Source of the DNA: Chloroflexota bacterium
GTDB lineage: Bacteria > Chloroflexota > Dehalococcoidia > Lucifugimonadales > Lucifugimonadaceae
Assembly (NCBI GenBank): GCA_002719295.1
Contig: PBHC01000005.1
Coordinates: 32,001 to 96,000 of the forward strand
Reading direction: 5' to 3'
Length of the DNA: 64,000 nucleotides
The notes below the pieces were generated by a model that was not told where the DNA came from, ran no database searches, and saw only the letters and a program-made list of their open reading frames with translations. This document shows, piece after piece, positions 18,832 to 27,383 of the stretch (position 1 is its first letter; each line of letters opens with the position of its first letter). The translations under genes and the position numbers were made by a program.

Positions 18832-19125
18832 TTATTGCCAGAATCTTGGATAAATTCTTTCTAGCACTGGATATATATTGAAAAAAGCCAACAGGAAGAA
18901 TGTAATAATTGATGCTAATCCGATAAATCCAATAATATAAAGTATTGGTCTAAGTTTATTAAACTTATTGCTTATAGTTTTTGAATCTACAGCAGATGGG
19001 ATAATTGCATGTGCTACTAATAAAATAGGACCAGTTAAAATAGCTGATACTAGTGCTAACGTTAAGAACGTTATTGTTCTAGCTATTTCGCTCCACTCTC
19101 CAGCTGTGGGTGCAAACGGATCCAA
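18832..19125 (-). CDS. Small two-TM membrane protein heading the ACIII operon
   Basis: AGGAGG Shine-Dalgarno 9 nt before TTG; two hydrophobic helices. Confidence 0.8.
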   Translation of the reverse strand: MDPFAPTAGEWSEIARTITFLTLALVSAILTGPILLVAHAIIPSAVDSKTISNKFNKLRPILYIIGFIGLASIITFFLLAFFNIYPVLERIYPRFWQ

Positions 19126-19284
19126 AGTAATAGCCCTCCTGATGTTTTTTCTGAATTACATTAATCTTAGATCATTCTACTATTTTTTTCTTTAAAAGGG
19201 ACCTTATTTTTATGCAAATATTTTAATTTAATTGCAATATTCTTTTAAAGGATTTTAAATTTATATATTTTTGAAAGGGATGTT

Positions 19285-20280
19285 TTGATTAATAAAGACA
19301 AATTGATATGGATTTATGAGACTATGTGTAGGATAAGACTTTTTGAAGAATCTATGCTTGAACAAACTTATAAAGGCAATTCTATGGGAGTCACTCATCC
19401 TTCAGATGGACAGGAAGCTGTTCCCACTGGAATATGTGCTCATTTAACAGAAAAAGACTGGATAGGGTCTACTCATAGAGGACATGGGCATTGCATTGCA
19501 AAAGGACTTGAAACAGATAAAATGATGGCAGAAATCATGGGGAAATATACGGGAAACTGCAAAGGCAAAGGCGGATCTATGCATATAGCTGATTTTTCTA
19601 AAGGAATGCTTGGAGCAAATGCTATAGTAGGAGCTTCTATTCCTTTAGCAGTCGGAGCTGCATTAACTGCTAAATATCAAGGAAAAGAAAAAGATTCTAT
19701 AGGTGTTGCATTTTTCGGTGACGGAGCCTCCTCTCAAGGAGTCTTGCATGAATCTATGAATTTAGCTTCTATTTGGAAATTACCTGTTATTTTTGCTTGC
19801 GAAAATAACCAATATGCAGAAGCTACACCTTCTTGGTATGCAGTTTCAGTTGAAGACATAGCTGATAGAGCAGCATCATATAACATTCCAGGTGTAATTG
19901 TTGATGGAATGGATGTTTTTCAAGTATATGAAGCAGCTGAAGAAGCCGTGTCTAGAGCTAGAAAAGGTTTAGGACCTACTCTTTTAGAGTTGAAAACATA
20001 TAGATACCATGGCCATTTTCATGCCGATCAGCCTGAAAAATATAGAACAGAAGCTGAAGAAAAAGTTTGGAAAAATAAAGATTGTATTAAAAGCTTTGAA
20101 AAAAAAGTCCTTGATCAAAAATTAATGACTAAAACAGAATTGAATACATTGAAAAAAAATATAGAAAAAGAAATAGAAAATGCAGTTGAGTTTGGACTTT
20201 CAAGTCCACTCCCACCCACTGAGACATTATACGAAGATGTATACGTAAATTATTCAAATGACTTAAAAGGATTAAGATAA
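19285..20280 (+). CDS. TPP-dependent dehydrogenase E1 alpha (acetoin/pyruvate dehydrogenase family)
   Basis: GQEA, STHRGHGH, GKGGSMH, GDGA...ENNQY TPP motif, TYRYHGH. Confidence 0.95.
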   Translation: MINKDKLIWIYETMCRIRLFEESMLEQTYKGNSMGVTHPSDGQEAVPTGICAHLTEKDWIGSTHRGHGHCIAKGLETDKMMAEIMGKYTGNCKGKGGSMHIADFSKGMLGANAIVGASIPLAVGAALTAKYQGKEKDSIGVAFFGDGASSQGVLHESMNLASIWKLPVIFACENNQYAEATPSWYAVSVEDIADRAASYNIPGVIVDGMDVFQVYEAAEEAVSRARKGLGPTLLELKTYRYHGHFHADQPEKYRTEAEEKVWKNKDCIKSFEKKVLDQKLMTKTELNTLKKNIEKEIENAVEFGLSSPLPPTETLYEDVYVNYSNDLKGLR

Positions 20281-20299
20281 TACTATTCAAGAGGAAATT

Positions 20300-21361
20300 A
20301 TGACTATAAATAACCTAAATGGATTAGGTCCTGGATTTGATGTAAAGGGATCTGAAATGAGATACAGAGATGCTTTTAATAACACGCTGAGATCAGAGCT
20401 TGAACATGATGAAAATGTGCTTATAATTGGAGAGGATATTTCAGGAGGATTTGATAAAAAAACTAAAGAGCCATTAGATGCTTGGGGCGGACCATTTGCT
20501 GCTACAAAAGGTCTTGTTCAAGATTTTGGTGTAGAAAGAATAATGGATGCTCCAATTTCTGAAGCTGGGTTTGTAGGGGCAGCTATAGGAGCTGCTTTGA
20601 CTGGTTTAAGACCAGTAGTAGATCTAATGTATTTTGATTTTACTACTGTAGCATTTGACCAATTGTTATCAAATGCTGCTAAGAGTAGATATATGTTTGG
20701 AGGGCAAACTAAAGTCCCTCTTACTCTTTTTGCAAGATCTGGGGGGGGTACTGGACATGCAGCTCAACACTCTAGCGCTTTTTATTCAATCTTAGCCCAT
20801 ATTCCTGGATTAAAAGTCGTTACTCCTTCAGACCCTTATTCAGTCAAAGGATTACTATCTGCAGCTATAAGGGATGATGATCCCGTATTTGTTGTAAATG
20901 ATAAAAAATTGATTAATATGACAGGATTTGTACCAGATGAAGATTATCAAATAGATCTAGGAAAAGGAAGGTACACTAAAGAAGGAAGCGATATAACTTT
21001 AGTTGGAATGAGCTATACTTCTATTGTTTGTAAAGAAGCTTCAGAAAAATTAGAAAAAATAGGTGTAAATGCAGAGGTTATAGATCTTTTATCTTTATCT
21101 CCATTAGATGAACAAATTGTTATTGATTCTGTAAAGAAAACCAATAGGATCGTAATAGTTGATGAAGATAATCCAAGGGCAAGTATTGCTAGTGAAATTG
21201 CTGCGGTTGTATCAGATAAGGCTTTTGATTATTTAGATGCTCCAGTCAAAAGAGTAACAGCTCCTCACACGCCAGTTCCATATAGTAAAGGCTTGGAAGA
21301 TGAATTCATGCCAGATAGTAATGATGTTTTTGAAACTGTCAAAAAATTATTAGATATTTGA
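20300..21361 (+). CDS. TPP-dependent dehydrogenase E1 beta (AcoB-like)
   Basis: GEDI, WGGPFAATKGL, DAPISEAGFVG, AAQHS, LDAPVKRV. Confidence 0.95.
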   Translation: MTINNLNGLGPGFDVKGSEMRYRDAFNNTLRSELEHDENVLIIGEDISGGFDKKTKEPLDAWGGPFAATKGLVQDFGVERIMDAPISEAGFVGAAIGAALTGLRPVVDLMYFDFTTVAFDQLLSNAAKSRYMFGGQTKVPLTLFARSGGGTGHAAQHSSAFYSILAHIPGLKVVTPSDPYSVKGLLSAAIRDDDPVFVVNDKKLINMTGFVPDEDYQIDLGKGRYTKEGSDITLVGMSYTSIVCKEASEKLEKIGVNAEVIDLLSLSPLDEQIVIDSVKKTNRIVIVDEDNPRASIASEIAAVVSDKAFDYLDAPVKRVTAPHTPVPYSKGLEDEFMPDSNDVFETVKKLLDI

Positions 21362-21700
21362 TTTTTTTATTTCTTCAATTAGTTCTTTTTTGGAATCACA
21401 AATAACAGCTTTGTCATTAATCGCGTAAGATAACAAACTGTTGTAAGGAAAGATTCCACTTTCATGTCCATCTGACCATAATGGTTGCAATGCATATTTT
21501 CCTACTATAAGATAATCAACTACTATTATGTCGTCTGGGACTTCAGTTACTTTCAATAGCTTTTTACCAGTTAATTCTTCCACACAATTAGCGCAGGCAC
21601 ATTGAAGTCTAAGATACTTATACGGATATATGCAAGAAATATCCTTTTGCCAAATAATTTCTAAGCCATCACTTAATCTATTTACAGCTTTTGGTTCCAT
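21350..21700 (-). CDS. DUF971 / gamma-butyrobetaine hydroxylase N-terminal-like metal-binding protein
   Basis: LRLQCACANC, VGKYAL, WSDGHESGIF. Confidence 0.88.
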   Translation of the reverse strand: MEPKAVNRLSDGLEIIWQKDISCIYPYKYLRLQCACANCVEELTGKKLLKVTEVPDDIIVVDYLIVGKYALQPLWSDGHESGIFPYNSLLSYAINDKAVICDSKKELIEEIKKSNI

Positions 21701-21800
21701 AAAATAATATGTTTCTAATATGATTTTCTAACATTTGAAATAATGTTACTGAAATTCTAAAAAAAAATTATACATAAAAAAATACATAATAGGTGAAAAA

Positions 21801-22862
21801 ATGAGCGATACTATAAAAGTTGGAATTGTTGGGGCTGGTGGAAATACTGTTTTGAAACATATCCCTCTTCTTCAAAAAATAGATGGAGTTGAAATTGTTT
21901 CTGTGGCTAATAGATCAATTAAGTCATCTAGTGCAGTAGCTTCACAATTTGAGATTAAGAATTATTATGATAATTGGCATGAAGTGGTATATGATAATGG
22001 GCTTGATGCAGTTGTAATTGGTACTTGGCCATATATGCACAAAAAACTTACTATTGAAGCTTTGCAATCTGGAAAACATGTATTATGCGAAGCTAGAATG
22101 TGTATGAACGCAGAAGAAGCTATGGAAATGTATGATTGCGCTCAAACATATTCTAATTTAGTTGCACAAATTGTTCCAGCGCCACACACCTTACCGATAG
22201 ATAAGACAATTATTAGGCTTATTTCATCAGGATATATAGGCGATTTAGTAAATCTTCGTGGAATGGTTACTGCAGGAAATGACTTTCCTAAAGAGAATCA
22301 AGAATTTCATTGGAGAAATAATAGAGACTTATCAGGAAACAATATAATGCAAATGGGTATTTGGTATGAAGCCATTATGAGATGGCTAGGTCCTGCAAAA
22401 TCTATCACAGCAAATGCTCAAACAATTATGAATCCTAGAGTAGATTATGATGGAAACTATGCTTACACTGATGTCCCTGATCATCTTGACGTACTTTGTG
22501 AAATGGTTAGTGGAGGAACAGCTAATTTACAATTTACTATGGTTTCAGGAATGGCTCCTGAGTCTGAAATGTGGATACATGGTACTAGAGGAACATTAGT
22601 AGTAAAAACTGAGACAACTGATGATCCTGGAGCTCCTGCATTAAAACTCTATGGTGCAGAACAAGGGCAAAAAAGATTAGAAGAAATAGAAGTTCCTAAT
22701 GAAGAGAAAGGTGCTTGGAGAGTAGAAGAAGAGTTTATAAATGCAATCAGAGGTGAAGAAATCATTACCCATACTAACTTTACAGATGGCGTAAAGTATA
22801 TGAAATTTACAGATGCTATTTTTGACTCGTATTCTACTGGACAAAAAATCTACTTAACCTAA
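21801..22862 (+). CDS. Gfo/Idh/MocA-family NAD(P)-dependent oxidoreductase
   Basis: VGIVGAG, GKHVLCEARM (EKP variant); first gene of the pxp-oad operon. Confidence 0.92.
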   Translation: MSDTIKVGIVGAGGNTVLKHIPLLQKIDGVEIVSVANRSIKSSSAVASQFEIKNYYDNWHEVVYDNGLDAVVIGTWPYMHKKLTIEALQSGKHVLCEARMCMNAEEAMEMYDCAQTYSNLVAQIVPAPHTLPIDKTIIRLISSGYIGDLVNLRGMVTAGNDFPKENQEFHWRNNRDLSGNNIMQMGIWYEAIMRWLGPAKSITANAQTIMNPRVDYDGNYAYTDVPDHLDVLCEMVSGGTANLQFTMVSGMAPESEMWIHGTRGTLVVKTETTDDPGAPALKLYGAEQGQKRLEEIEVPNEEKGAWRVEEEFINAIRGEEIITHTNFTDGVKYMKFTDAIFDSYSTGQKIYLT

Positions 22863-22863
22863 T

Positions 22864-23628
22864 ATGAACAAAATTGACTTAAATGCTGATATCGGAGAAT
22901 CTTTTGGTTCATACAAGCTTGGCTATGATGAAGAGATAGTAAAATATATTTCATCTGCAAACATAGCTACTGGATTTCATGCAGGAGATCATAATTGGAT
23001 AAAAAAGACTGTTGATTTATCAAAAAAATACAATGTAGCTATAGGTGCTCATCCATCTTATCCTGATTTAGCAGGTTTTGGAAGAAGAGAAATGTCTATG
23101 TCTTCTGATGAAATAGAAAACTTAATTAAATATCAGGTTGGTGCTCTTATTGGATTTGTTGGCATAGAAAATATTGAACACGTAAAACCTCATGGGGCTT
23201 TGTATAATAAGGCAGTAAATGATTCAGTTACTGCAAAAGCTATAATCAATGCAATTAAATCTATTAGCGATAAACTTATACATGTTGTTTTGGCAGGATC
23301 GTTATGGGAAAAAATAGCATTAGATTCAGGAGTTAAGGTTTCTAGAGAGACTTTTGCTGATAGAGAATTTATGTCAGATGGAACTCTATGTCCTAGATCA
23401 ATTGATGGATCTGTAATAGAAGACTCAGAAAAAATAGTAAATAGAACGCTTAAGATGATTAAAGATAAAGAAGTTGATACTTTTGAAGGGGATAAGATTA
23501 AGATTGATTTCGATTCAATTTGTTTACATGGTGACACTGAAGGGGCAGTAGAAATTGCTAGAAGTATAAATAATTCATTTCAAAAAAACAATATAATCAT
23601 TACTTCTATGTCGAATGTTATTTTATGA
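22864..23628 (+). CDS. pxpA: LamB/YcsF family, 5-oxoprolinase subunit A-like
   Basis: DLNADIGESFG, GFHAGD, GAHPSYPD, GFGRR, HVKPHGALYN, SICLHGD. Confidence 0.95.
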   Translation: MNKIDLNADIGESFGSYKLGYDEEIVKYISSANIATGFHAGDHNWIKKTVDLSKKYNVAIGAHPSYPDLAGFGRREMSMSSDEIENLIKYQVGALIGFVGIENIEHVKPHGALYNKAVNDSVTAKAIINAIKSISDKLIHVVLAGSLWEKIALDSGVKVSRETFADREFMSDGTLCPRSIDGSVIEDSEKIVNRTLKMIKDKEVDTFEGDKIKIDFDSICLHGDTEGAVEIARSINNSFQKNNIIITSMSNVIL

Positions 23629-24293
23629 AAAATTTTTTTGTTATAAATTTTCATGGTGACTCAACTTTAGTGATTAAACTTGGTGAAGAAATTGATATAA
23701 AAACTAATCAAATGCTTCATGAGATCGTTCATCTTCTAGAAATAGATTTAAAATTCAACGATTATATTGAAGATATTTACCCAACTTTTAATAGCATAAT
23801 TATTGATTATGATAATTTATTAATCGATTTTGAAAATTTAAAATCTCTGATTAATAAAAAGCTGTTATCTTTTATAAAAAAATATAAAACAGATTCTGAC
23901 GAGAAAAAAATTATAGAAGTTCCAGTAAAGTACGGAAGTGAAAATGGTCCTGACTTAAGTATGATGTCTGACAAACTTAAAATTTCTGAAGAAAAGATCA
24001 TAGAAATTCATACTTCTAGTTTATACAGAATATTTATGATAGGATTCATGCCAGGTTTTCCCTATTTAGGAGGACTAAGTAAAAAAATATCATTTCCAAG
24101 GCTTTCTACTCCTAGGATTTCTGTTCCAGCAGGCTCTGTTGGTATTGCAGGGATTCAAACAGGAATTTATCCTTTTGCATCACCAGGTGGTTGGAATATT
24201 ATTGGAAAAACTGAAAAAAAATTATTTGACATAAATTTAAATCCTCCAGCATTACTAGAGGCAGGAACAAATTTGAGATTTGTAAAAATATGA
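23625..24293 (+). CDS. pxpB: 5-oxoprolinase subunit B-like (AHS1/KipI; urea carboxylase CT subdomain homolog)
   Basis: IGFMPGFPYLGG, PRISVPAGSVGIAG, GIYPFASPGGWNIIG. Confidence 0.95.
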   Translation: MKNFFVINFHGDSTLVIKLGEEIDIKTNQMLHEIVHLLEIDLKFNDYIEDIYPTFNSIIIDYDNLLIDFENLKSLINKKLLSFIKKYKTDSDEKKIIEVPVKYGSENGPDLSMMSDKLKISEEKIIEIHTSSLYRIFMIGFMPGFPYLGGLSKKISFPRLSTPRISVPAGSVGIAGIQTGIYPFASPGGWNIIGKTEKKLFDINLNPPALLEAGTNLRFVKI

Positions 24294-25330
24294 TAAAAGT
24301 TATAAATTCTGGAATACTTTCTAGCTTTCAAGATAAAGGTAGATATGGACAAAAAAAATTTGGGGTGTCTAAATCAGGATCTCTAGATTCTTTTTCTTTC
24401 GAGTTAGCTAATAGATTGACAGGGAATGACATTGACGAACCATGCATTGAAACTTTAGGAGGTTTTTCATGTGTTTTTTATATAGAATCTATAGTTTCAA
24501 TTACAGGGCCAATTGAGTTTTTTTCTGTAAATAATAGCTTCATTTATAAAACCAATTCTTCTATAAAGTTAAAATCTGGTGATAAATTAGATATTCCAAT
24601 TCCTCAAAAAGGGAATATTTTTTATTTATCAGTATCAGGGGGATTCAAAATTGATAAAATTTTAGATTCTTACTCATATCATCAACCTTCAAATATAACT
24701 AATAATTTTAAGATTTCCTCAGGTGATGAAATAGAATTAAATCCAACAAAACAACAAAATTTATTCGTTTCAGAAACCTCTTTTTTCGAAAAAAGAATAT
24801 TTAATAATGAAAAAATTAAGATTATTTATAATGAAGAATCTAGGTCTGACAAAATTAAAAACTTATTCGAAAATAATGAATTTACAATTTCTGATCAATT
24901 TAGCCGACAAGGGATTAGATTAATTGGAAATCCAATAAGTATATTTAAGGATCAAAATGAGATTTCTTCAGAAGTTTCTCCTGGTACAGTTCAACTTCCT
25001 CCAGATGGTCAACCGATTATATTATTAAATGATTCTCAAACTACTGGAGGGTATAAAAAAATAGGAGTTATCCCTAGGTTTGAATTGTCAAAATTATCTC
25101 AAAAACCGATTTCCTCTAGAATAAAATTTTCAGAGATTTCATTAAGTGATTCTATAAATGAATTTCGTGAAATGAGAACGGAATTTGATAATATCAATAT
25201 TTATAATTACATAAACAGAGTACTTGAAATAAATGGTAGATTGATTTCCGTTCAAATTTTAGAAAATAATAGTATAATGTCGATATCTGATAATGAGCAA
25301 TTTGACATAATCGAGGAAAATTTTGAATAA
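24290..25330 (+). CDS. pxpC: 5-oxoprolinase subunit C-like (AHS2/KipA; biotin-dependent carboxyltransferase family) with C-terminal extension
   Basis: FQDKGRYG, ANRLTGN, GTVQLPPDGQPIILLNDSQTTGGY. Confidence 0.92.
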   Translation: MIKVINSGILSSFQDKGRYGQKKFGVSKSGSLDSFSFELANRLTGNDIDEPCIETLGGFSCVFYIESIVSITGPIEFFSVNNSFIYKTNSSIKLKSGDKLDIPIPQKGNIFYLSVSGGFKIDKILDSYSYHQPSNITNNFKISSGDEIELNPTKQQNLFVSETSFFEKRIFNNEKIKIIYNEESRSDKIKNLFENNEFTISDQFSRQGIRLIGNPISIFKDQNEISSEVSPGTVQLPPDGQPIILLNDSQTTGGYKKIGVIPRFELSKLSQKPISSRIKFSEISLSDSINEFREMRTEFDNINIYNYINRVLEINGRLISVQILENNSIMSISDNEQFDIIEENFE

Positions 25331-25700
25331 TTCTATATTAGATGGATTTAATTTATTTTGGATAGGTACAAGCGTAGTATTTTTAGTTTTAATAGTACTT
25401 TTGATATCAATAAAAATTCTAACTTTTTTTGAAAAAGAGTTTTTTCAAAAAGAATTAAAGAAAAGAAAGATTATTAATCATGAAAATGAAGATAATTTAA
25501 TAGATGTAGCTGCTGCCATTGCAGTTTCATTATTTAAAAAGAGTAAAATCCGAACTAATGAAATTGCTGCTGCTGTTGCTGTTTCAATGTATGAAAATAG
25601 CAAAAGTAAAACTATTATGAGTAATATAAATTCGTTCCAATCATCATGGATTACTATTAATAGATCAAGAATGATGAATAGAAAATCTAGAAGGATATAA
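25323..25700 (+). CDS. OadG/MmdD-like membrane anchor subunit of a Na+-translocating decarboxylase
   Basis: Single N-terminal TM (GTSVVFLVLIVLL), AAAIAV motifs, C-terminal SSWxxxxR. Confidence 0.85.
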   Translation: MNNSILDGFNLFWIGTSVVFLVLIVLLISIKILTFFEKEFFQKELKKRKIINHENEDNLIDVAAAIAVSLFKKSKIRTNEIAAAVAVSMYENSKSKTIMSNINSFQSSWITINRSRMMNRKSRRI

Positions 25701-25701
25701 A

Positions 25702-26163
25702 TTGAGTAAATATAAATTAAATATTAATGGCCAACATTTCGATGTAGAAATCTTATCTGAAAATAATAGTTCTTATGAGGTGATGGTCAATGGTGAGATT
25801 CTGATGGTAAACAAAGATGTTGATTCACAAATTCCTATTTCAAAACCTACTATACCTCAACTTCCCAAAACAAAACCTTTGCAAACTTCTACTCCAAATT
25901 CTGAAAAAAAACAAGAATCTAAGATTGAATCCTTAGACTCTAAGGTAGAGGGGAATTCAATTAAGGCACTAATGCCAGGTAAAGTTTTAAAAGTTTTAGT
26001 TTCAGAAGGAGAAAGCGTTGAATCTGGGACTCCATTATTAGTTATTGAATCAATGAAAATGGAAAATATCATCTCTTCCACTAAATCCGGAAAGGTAAGT
26101 GCCGTTCATGTAAAAATTGATGATAATGTTCAGTATGATCAACCTTTAGTTGAAATAAATTAA
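25702..26163 (+). CDS. Stand-alone biotin carboxyl carrier subunit (MmdC/GcdC-like)
   Basis: N-terminal KYKLNINGQHFDVEI, Pro/Ser/Thr linker, MPGKV, IESMKMEN biotinylation motif. Confidence 0.93.
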   Translation: MSKYKLNINGQHFDVEILSENNSSYEVMVNGEILMVNKDVDSQIPISKPTIPQLPKTKPLQTSTPNSEKKQESKIESLDSKVEGNSIKALMPGKVLKVLVSEGESVESGTPLLVIESMKMENIISSTKSGKVSAVHVKIDDNVQYDQPLVEIN

Positions 26164-26180
26164 ATCTTGAGAAAATATTT

Positions 26181-27380
26181 ATGATTGATTACATAGAACC
26201 ATTAATTGAAGGAATCAATGATTTAATTTCTAACCCCAAAATGATAATAATGTGGATTATTTCAGCTTTTCTTTATTATGTAGGTATTTATAAAAAGAAA
26301 GAACCTTTATTGTTGGTACCTATATCAACCGGAATTTTACTAGCAAATCTTCCTATGGGAGAATTGATTAGAATTGGAGGGAATGGAGAACCAGATGGGT
26401 TTCTAAGGATTTTTCAAAATATTGGTATGACAAATGATCTTCTTCCGTTATTAATATTTTTAGGGATGGGAGCTTTGACTGATTTTGAACCAGTTCTATC
26501 TAACCCTAAAACTTTACTTTTGGGTGCAGCTGCTCAAGTTGGAGTATTTGCAGCTTTGTTAGGAGCTTTATTTATAAGCCTAACTCCATTTTTTGATTTT
26601 GGTCTTCTAGAGGCGGCTTCTATAGGTATTATAGGGGGAGCTGATGGTCCTACTACAATATTCATTTCAACAAGAATGAGAGAATTGGGCAATTCTTTAC
26701 CTTTATATAATATGAGTGATATTGTGGGTGCAACTGCAGTTGCGGCATATTCTTATATGGCTTTAGTTCCTATAATTCAGCCTCCATTAATTAGACTTTT
26801 TACAACAAAAAATGAACGTAGAATTAGAATGGATTATTCAGAAAAGAAGATTTCTAAGAGAACTAAAATAATTTTTCCAATACTGACTATTTTAATAGTT
26901 AGTATTTTGGTTCCAGATGCATCTCCTCTTATTTCAATTATGATGTTTGGTAATATTTTGAGAGAATCAGGAGTTGTTGATAGATTGGCAAAAACTGCTC
27001 AAAATGAGTTAATGAATGTAGTTATAATTTTACTAGGATTATCAGTTGGTGCAACAATGCCTGCAAGTGTATTTTTGAAAGTAGAAACAATATCCATTTT
27101 TATTCTTGGATTAATCTCTTTTGTATTTGCTACTATTTCTGGGATTTTACTTGCAAAAGTGATGAACTTGTTCTTAAGTAAACCTATAAATCCAATGATT
27201 GGAGCTGCAGGAGTTTCCGCAGTACCTATGGCAGCAAGAGTAGTTCAAAATGAAGCATTTAAAGAAGATCCAAATAACTATATTCTGATGCATGCAATGG
27301 GTCCTAATATAGCAGGTGTTATTGGAACAGCTACAGTGGCTGGTGTTCTTTTAGCAGTTGTTCCACAATTGGTGGCATAA
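26181..27380 (+). CDS. oadB: Na+-translocating carboxybiotin decarboxylase beta subunit
   Basis: LLGAAAQ, IGIIGGADGPT, AAYSYMALVP, NPMIGAAGVSAVPMAAR, HAMGPN. Confidence 0.96.
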   Translation: MIDYIEPLIEGINDLISNPKMIIMWIISAFLYYVGIYKKKEPLLLVPISTGILLANLPMGELIRIGGNGEPDGFLRIFQNIGMTNDLLPLLIFLGMGALTDFEPVLSNPKTLLLGAAAQVGVFAALLGALFISLTPFFDFGLLEAASIGIIGGADGPTTIFISTRMRELGNSLPLYNMSDIVGATAVAAYSYMALVPIIQPPLIRLFTTKNERRIRMDYSEKKISKRTKIIFPILTILIVSILVPDASPLISIMMFGNILRESGVVDRLAKTAQNELMNVVIILLGLSVGATMPASVFLKVETISIFILGLISFVFATISGILLAKVMNLFLSKPINPMIGAAGVSAVPMAARVVQNEAFKEDPNNYILMHAMGPNIAGVIGTATVAGVLLAVVPQLVA

Positions 27381-27383
27381 ATA

